Origin: Phycisphaerae bacterium
Lineage (GTDB): Bacteria > Planctomycetota > Phycisphaerae > Phycisphaerales > SM1A02
DNA: 64,000 nt
Reading direction: 5' to 3'
Assembly: GCA_002716385.1 (NCBI GenBank)
Contig: PBAX01000002.1
Span: forward strand, 68,180-132,179
The position numbers and the translations under genes are program-made. Below the pieces are notes generated by a model. That model was not told the origin of the DNA. It did not search any database and worked only from the letters and a program-made list of their open reading frames with translations. Shown piece by piece: positions 59,548 through 64,000 of this stretch. Within the stretch, counting starts at the first letter, position 1, and each line of letters begins with the position of its first letter.

Positions 59548-60333
59548 ATGGCAGATGGTTGGTTGGCTGGCAAGAAGGGCCTCGTGGTGGGCATCGCCAA
59601 TGAACGGTCCTTCGCATGGTTCATCGCCCAATCGATCCTTCGTGAAGGTGGTGAATGCCTCTTCACCCATCTGCCTGGCGACAAGATGGCTCGTCGAGTC
59701 GGCAAGGCCGTCGAGTCACTGGGCGTCGAGAATCCCTGGATGATGCCAATGGACGCCTCTGACGATGCATCGATGGATGACGTCTTCGCAAAGATCGAGG
59801 CCGATCATGGTCAGCTCGACTTCGTGGTGCATTCCATCGCCTACGCCGACAAGGACTGGTTGCAGGCGGGCAAGTTCACGGCCACGCCGCGTGACGTCTA
59901 CACCTCGGCGATGGACATCTCAGCCTGGACACTGGTTGGCATGGCCAATCGTGCAGCTCCGCTGATGAAGGAGGGCGGTTCGATGATCTCCATGTCCTAC
60001 TACGGCGCCGAGAAGGCGGTCCCGGGCTACAACGTGATGGGTGTTGCCAAGTCGGCCTTGGAATCATCCACGCGATATCTGGCCGCAGAGCTTGGCGAGA
60101 AGAACATCCGCGTGAATTCGATCTCCGGTGGCCCGCTTCGAACCATGTCCGCCATGGCGGTGGGTGGCTTCGGCGAGATCCTCGACTGGGTCGAGAAGAA
60201 GGCGCCGCTTCACAAGAACATCGAAGGCGAGCATGTCGGTGATACGGCCGCGTTTCTGCTCAGCGAGCGGGGCGGTGGCATCACCGGCCAGGTGATCTAC
60301 GTCGATGCGGGGTATTCCTGCGTCGGGCTGTAG
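59548..60333 (+). CDS. fabI: enoyl-[acyl-carrier-protein] reductase (NADH)
   Basis: GKKGLVVGIANERSFAW, and SYYGAEKAVPGYNVMGVAKSALE (Tyr-x6-Lys). AGGAGA RBS at 59535-59540. Confidence 0.9.
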   Translation: MADGWLAGKKGLVVGIANERSFAWFIAQSILREGGECLFTHLPGDKMARRVGKAVESLGVENPWMMPMDASDDASMDDVFAKIEADHGQLDFVVHSIAYADKDWLQAGKFTATPRDVYTSAMDISAWTLVGMANRAAPLMKEGGSMISMSYYGAEKAVPGYNVMGVAKSALESSTRYLAAELGEKNIRVNSISGGPLRTMSAMAVGGFGEILDWVEKKAPLHKNIEGEHVGDTAAFLLSERGGGITGQVIYVDAGYSCVGL

Positions 60334-60391
60334 GGCTTGGATTGAACCCGAAGTGAAAGCCAGCCAACCACTCGAACGGCTGAAGCTATTG

Positions 60392-61672
60392 TCACGGGTC
60401 GAGCGGGCCCCGATCGGTTGATTGACTCGATCCGTGCTCGTTCGTTCCAATCGCCTTGGCGATCTGCAACAGTTCTGCTTCAAACAGAAAACGCAGCTCA
60501 GTCTTGGTCAAAGCACTGTTGGTGGTGTTGAACAATACGGCAACGCTGCAGCCGTTGCTGTACTGAACGATCTGAGCGGAAATGGCCCCTTGGTAGGTTC
60601 CCCCGTGCCAGGCATTGCGAGTGTCATCGTCAATCACCCCGACAAACCATCCAAGTCCATAGCCTACACCCATGGGGTAATCAGATCGGTACTTGTGATC
60701 AGCCTCCACGGGGGTCCACATCCTTCGAATGTGTTCTTTTCCGAGAAGTCTGGAGCCTTCTTCCTGGTGCAGGTCATTGGAAATCACCGCCAGCGATCCG
60801 GCCGTTGCGACAAGTCCCCCGGCCCCGCCGAACCCAGTTGGTGGATGTGAATAGCCTTTGGGAACCGACTGAGTGCTGCCATCGGGCATGATGATGGGCT
60901 GGATTCTCTGTTGATGGTCGTAGTAGGCCACTTCACCAGCCAATCGATCAGTTGGAAGTGGCCCACCCAGCTGGAGGTCGACAAGTTGAAGTGGATCTGC
61001 GATCTGGTCCTGAATCACTGTTTCATACGGTTTTTCAGTCATGGCTTCGAGTACCAGTTCGAGGAGCAGATAGCCAAAGTTCGAGTAGTGCCAATAGGCG
61101 CCTGGTTGGCGTGTGAGCGGCTGGGAGATGACGAATCTTACGACGTCCATTCTGTCCGGTCTGGCGGCAAGGTCCATGGTCGTCATCAGGTGCTCTTCCT
61201 GGAACATCGGGTCTCCGCTAAAGCCGGCGGTGTGTGAAAGGCACTGTTCGATCGTGATGTCCTGGAGTTGTGGATCCACTTCAGGCGCACGAATCTGGTC
61301 AGCCATGCCGATCACGTCGAACGGGTTGTCATCCAGCGACAGCTTGCCCTGCTCGACGAGTTGCAGGATCGCTACCGCCGTAATCGACTTGGAGATACTG
61401 CCAATTCGAAACTGGGAGTCTGGTGTCACGGGAATCGCCTCATCGACATCAGCCCATCCGAATCCCTGCTCATAGACAATCTCTCCGTCAACGGCGACTG
61501 CCACCGCGGCACCTGGAACGCCATGCCGCCACATGAAGTGACGCATCCTGGCCTCGAAGTCCTGGGTGGCCTCGGCGCTGGCGGCCGCATGTTCCTGGGG
61601 TGGGTCGCCAGGCAAGGCTGGCGTGACGGCTGTCAGTAGCATGATGACGGTTGGCAAGATCGCATGGCGCAT
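60392..61672 (-). CDS. serine hydrolase, beta-lactamase (class C)/PBP-like family
   Basis: Signal peptide, SxxK (GSISKSITA), and YxN (HYSNFGY). Start trimmed to MRHAILP. Confidence 0.75.
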   Translation of the reverse strand: MRHAILPTVIMLLTAVTPALPGDPPQEHAAASAEATQDFEARMRHFMWRHGVPGAAVAVAVDGEIVYEQGFGWADVDEAIPVTPDSQFRIGSISKSITAVAILQLVEQGKLSLDDNPFDVIGMADQIRAPEVDPQLQDITIEQCLSHTAGFSGDPMFQEEHLMTTMDLAARPDRMDVVRFVISQPLTRQPGAYWHYSNFGYLLLELVLEAMTEKPYETVIQDQIADPLQLVDLQLGGPLPTDRLAGEVAYYDHQQRIQPIIMPDGSTQSVPKGYSHPPTGFGGAGGLVATAGSLAVISNDLHQEEGSRLLGKEHIRRMWTPVEADHKYRSDYPMGVGYGLGWFVGVIDDDTRNAWHGGTYQGAISAQIVQYSNGCSVAVLFNTTNSALTKTELRFLFEAELLQIAKAIGTNEHGSSQSTDRGPLDP

Positions 61673-61771
61673 GGGCTTCAAGCTCACATTTGTAGTTGAA
61701 TTGTGTTGTTCTAAGGGGCCGGATTGACAATGGCATTCTAGCACTCATTTGCCGAGTCGCATTGATGACAA

Positions 61772-61793
61772 CACCCCCGTGCAGGCGGGGGTG
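61772..61793 (-). terminator. 8-bp GC hairpin downstream of the beta-helix gene
   Basis: cacccccg-tgcagg-cgggggtg, 30 nt past the stop at 61823. On the minus strand it is followed by ttgtcatc. Confidence 0.45.
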
Positions 61794-61822
61794 CTGTTGT
61801 ATGTAGAGTTAGGAATGAGGGG

Positions 61823-63076
61823 CTACAGGCAATCGCCCCAGCCATCAAGAAGGATCAGCATGTCATTGACATTGACGATTCCGTCGTTGTTGATGTCTGC
61901 AAATGATTCTGTTTCATCCCATTGGCCAATAAGCGCGAGGACATCATTCACATCTGTGAGACCGTCCGGATTTCCTGGTGTCGTTCCATCGGTAATGTCT
62001 GTAATACATTCGCACTCATCGGGGATGCCGTTCCCATCAAGATCTTGGGATGTTCCATCTTCAATATCACAGACATCGCCAATCCCATTTGTGTTGCAGT
62101 CGAGTTGTTCTGGATTAAAAAGTTCACAGTTGTCTACTGCATCATCAACGCCATCGTCGTCTGAGTCCATGATTGGGCATATGGGGTTAAAATCATTGCC
62201 TCCGCCATTAGTCCATGGTCCGAAGATGTCCGCTGGTTCGTTTTCACAGAAAAATGATCCGCTTATGCTGCTACTTGCGACGGGATTCCCATAGATAGCA
62301 CCGCCTTGACCGCTGGCGCTGTTCTCACGGAATTCACAATCGGATATGGAGATATTGCCTTCGTAGTTGTATATGGCTCCACCGTCGGACGATCCGCAGA
62401 AGTAACCGTCAGAACTGTTCTGGACAAACTTGCAGCCAATGATCGTCATATCGCACTCATAGACAGCGACGGCTCCACCGTAGCAGCCTGAGTTTCCTGT
62501 AAAGACGCAATCAATAAGTGTTGCGGTGGAGTAATAGCTGCAGGAGAGCCCTCCGCCAAATCCGTCGGAATGATTTTCAATGAACCTGCAATTCTCAAAT
62601 CTTGGGTTTGACGCGTTGAAGCAGAATGCGCCTCCGCCTTCATTGCCTTGGGTGGCTTCGTTGTAGGCGAACGTGCAATTTTTGAAGGTTGGACTTGCTC
62701 CGAACATCTCTGCGCCGCCGCCACCAAATCCACCAAATTGTCCGGGATTGCCGTGGCTCAATACCAAATCTGAAATCATAGTGTTGCTGGTCTCGTTGTT
62801 TGTGCAACGGACCACAGAGCCTTGACCTTGCGCATCAATGGCAGTAGCCGGCATGCCATTGGCATCAACTTCACCAGATATCTGTATGGCTTTGCCACCA
62901 GGGTTGATGCTGTGTTCGTAATACGTGCCGGCTGCGATAACGATCGTATCGCCATTGACAGAAGCATTGATTGCTTCCTGGATTGTGTGATAGTCGCCAG
63001 GGACATGTAATGTCGCGGCAAATGCAAAGCTTGGCATCAGTATTGTGATGATGAGTGATGTAAGACTCTTCTGCAT
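61823..63076 (-). CDS. secreted right-handed beta-helix protein with Pmp-like GGA[IV]/FxxN repeats, TSP3-like Ca-binding repeats and a dockerin-like tail
   Basis: Signal MQKSLTSLIITILMPSFAFA. Repeats FKNCTFAYN...GGGAFCF, FENCRFIEN...GGGLSC, CVFTGN...GGAVAV, CKFVQN...GGAIYN, and CEFREN...GGAIYG. Then DSDDDGVDDAVDNC, with tail DINNDGIVNVNDMLILLDGWGDCL. Confidence 0.7.
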   Translation of the reverse strand: MQKSLTSLIITILMPSFAFAATLHVPGDYHTIQEAINASVNGDTIVIAAGTYYEHSINPGGKAIQISGEVDANGMPATAIDAQGQGSVVRCTNNETSNTMISDLVLSHGNPGQFGGFGGGGAEMFGASPTFKNCTFAYNEATQGNEGGGAFCFNASNPRFENCRFIENHSDGFGGGLSCSYYSTATLIDCVFTGNSGCYGGAVAVYECDMTIIGCKFVQNSSDGYFCGSSDGGAIYNYEGNISISDCEFRENSASGQGGAIYGNPVASSSISGSFFCENEPADIFGPWTNGGGNDFNPICPIMDSDDDGVDDAVDNCELFNPEQLDCNTNGIGDVCDIEDGTSQDLDGNGIPDECECITDITDGTTPGNPDGLTDVNDVLALIGQWDETESFADINNDGIVNVNDMLILLDGWGDCL

Positions 63077-63193
63077 GACCTCTCCCTGGATAGTCAGTTC
63101 GACAGATGAACGCTGTCTCAACACCGATGTTGCTCAATTGTAAGGTCTGTCTACTGATGTGAGTAAGGGGTTTTTCGCTTGCACAGACTAACG

Positions 63194-64000
63194 CTACGGG
63201 CAGAAGCCCCAGCCATCGATGACGATCAGAAGATCGCCGATTTCAACCACGCCGTCGTCATTCGTGTCCCCCTGACAAGGACCGGGTTCGGTGATTCCCT
63301 GCATGGTCAGTCCGTACGAGTTGTGGACCCCGGCCAGAATGACATCGAAGACGGCATCTTCCGGAACGTCGCACTGACCCCAGGTGTTGTCGCCCCAGGC
63401 GACCACGGTTCCGTCTGCACGGAGCCCCATGCTGTGTAGCGCGCCAGCTGCCACCTGAACGAATGTCTCGCCAACGGGTACGTCGCACTGCCCGCTCGTG
63501 TTGCTGCCCCACGCCAGGGCCGTCCCGTCGGCCAGCAGACCGATCGAGGAACGTAAGCCGGCGTCGAACTGGACGAAGCTTTCACCCTCGGGGATGTTGC
63601 ACTGTTGGGAGAGATTGTCGCCCCAGGCGACGGTGCTCCCATCGGCCCGGATGCCGATGTTGTGGTACCCGCCGGCGACGATTTTCACGAACGTTTCGCC
63701 CGCAGGCACATCGCACTGTCCGTAGTTGTTGAGTCCCCAGCCGATCGCCGTGCCGTCTGCGCGGAGGCCGATGCTGTGGGCGTGACCGGCGACGATCTGA
63801 ACGAACGATTCACCGGCCGGGACGTCGCATTGGCCATAGTAGTTCTGCCCCCAGGCGAGAGTCGTGCCGTCACTGCGGAGCCCGAGACTGTGGTAGCCAC
63901 CGGCCGACACCTTCGTGAAAGTGGCAGCCGGGACATCGCCGGCACCGTAGACGTTGCCGCCCCAGGCGATCACCGTGCCGTCTGCACGCAGGCCGAGCGA
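63194..64000 (-). CDS. RCC1-like repeat beta-propeller protein with dockerin-like tail (5' end beyond the right edge)
   Basis: At least 6 tandem 38-aa units of the type LAWGxNxxGQCDVPxGExFVQxxAGxxHSxGLRADGT. The frame is still open at 64000. C-terminus GDTNDDGVVEIGDLLIVIDGWGFCP. Confidence 0.75.
   Translation of the reverse strand, partial: SLGLRADGTVIAWGGNVYGAGDVPAATFTKVSAGGYHSLGLRSDGTTLAWGQNYYGQCDVPAGESFVQIVAGHAHSIGLRADGTAIGWGLNNYGQCDVPAGETFVKIVAGGYHNIGIRADGSTVAWGDNLSQQCNIPEGESFVQFDAGLRSSIGLLADGTALAWGSNTSGQCDVPVGETFVQVAAGALHSMGLRADGTVVAWGDNTWGQCDVPEDAVFDVILAGVHNSYGLTMQGITEPGPCQGDTNDDGVVEIGDLLIVIDGWGFCP

Noticed and set aside
59327-59617. 96-aa minus-strand ORF overlapping the tRNA
   Set aside because: It runs through the tRNA-Arg gene and the fabI start region. 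The cloverleaf is a far better explanation for this DNA.
59447-63190. tRNA-Arg-linked genomic island hypothesis for the low-GC beta-helix gene
   Set aside because: fabI and a normal-GC serine hydrolase lie between the tRNA and the low-GC gene. No integrase or recombinase gene is present. I found no repeat of the tRNA 3' end downstream. The low-GC observation is kept as a separate finding.

Overview
A 64-kb, gene-dense chromosomal segment from a high-GC bacterium. Hand counts of single 60-nt lines give about 58% G+C in typical genes. I support about 65 protein-coding genes, one tRNA-Arg(UCG) and a few intrinsic-terminator-like hairpins. I found no rRNA, CRISPR array, transposase, integrase or phage genes.

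Most of the window is housekeeping: glyA, thrS-infC, nrdR, cdsA, recX, nth, moaE, acpS, pyrF, pyk, cinA, folK, dacB, ligA, uppP, aroK, rpmH, rnc and fabI. Many neighbouring genes overlap by 4 nt (ATGA). Several traits suggest a PVC-group organism, possibly Planctomycetota/Phycisphaerae: a small basic protein family, Pmp-like GGA[IV]/FxxN beta-helix repeats, dockerin-like C-terminal tails, and dispersed ribosomal and translation genes. This taxonomic guess is inference only.

Accessory-looking content is concentrated at 41.5-50.8 kb and 61.7-64 kb. No named defence or mobile system is recognisable. The best candidates for something undescribed are:
- a tight five-gene block with a PD-(D/E)xK MmcB-like protein and a translationally coupled TerB-like/DUF4145 pair (43.8-47.6 kb);
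- an 891-aa secreted protein with a clan-CD-like His-Gly/Ala-Cys dyad;
- three secreted proteins sharing a dockerin-like tail, one of them in a clearly lower-GC gene;
- an EF-G paralogue lacking the catalytic histidine;
- a hydantoinase/beta-ureidopropionase operon coupled to a DUF819-like membrane protein and a divergent glutamine-synthetase-like gene.

All family assignments come from reading motifs by eye, and no searches were run. Start codons are often uncertain. Coordinates I derived by eye (tRNA, hairpins, ugd and infC starts) may be off by a base or so.
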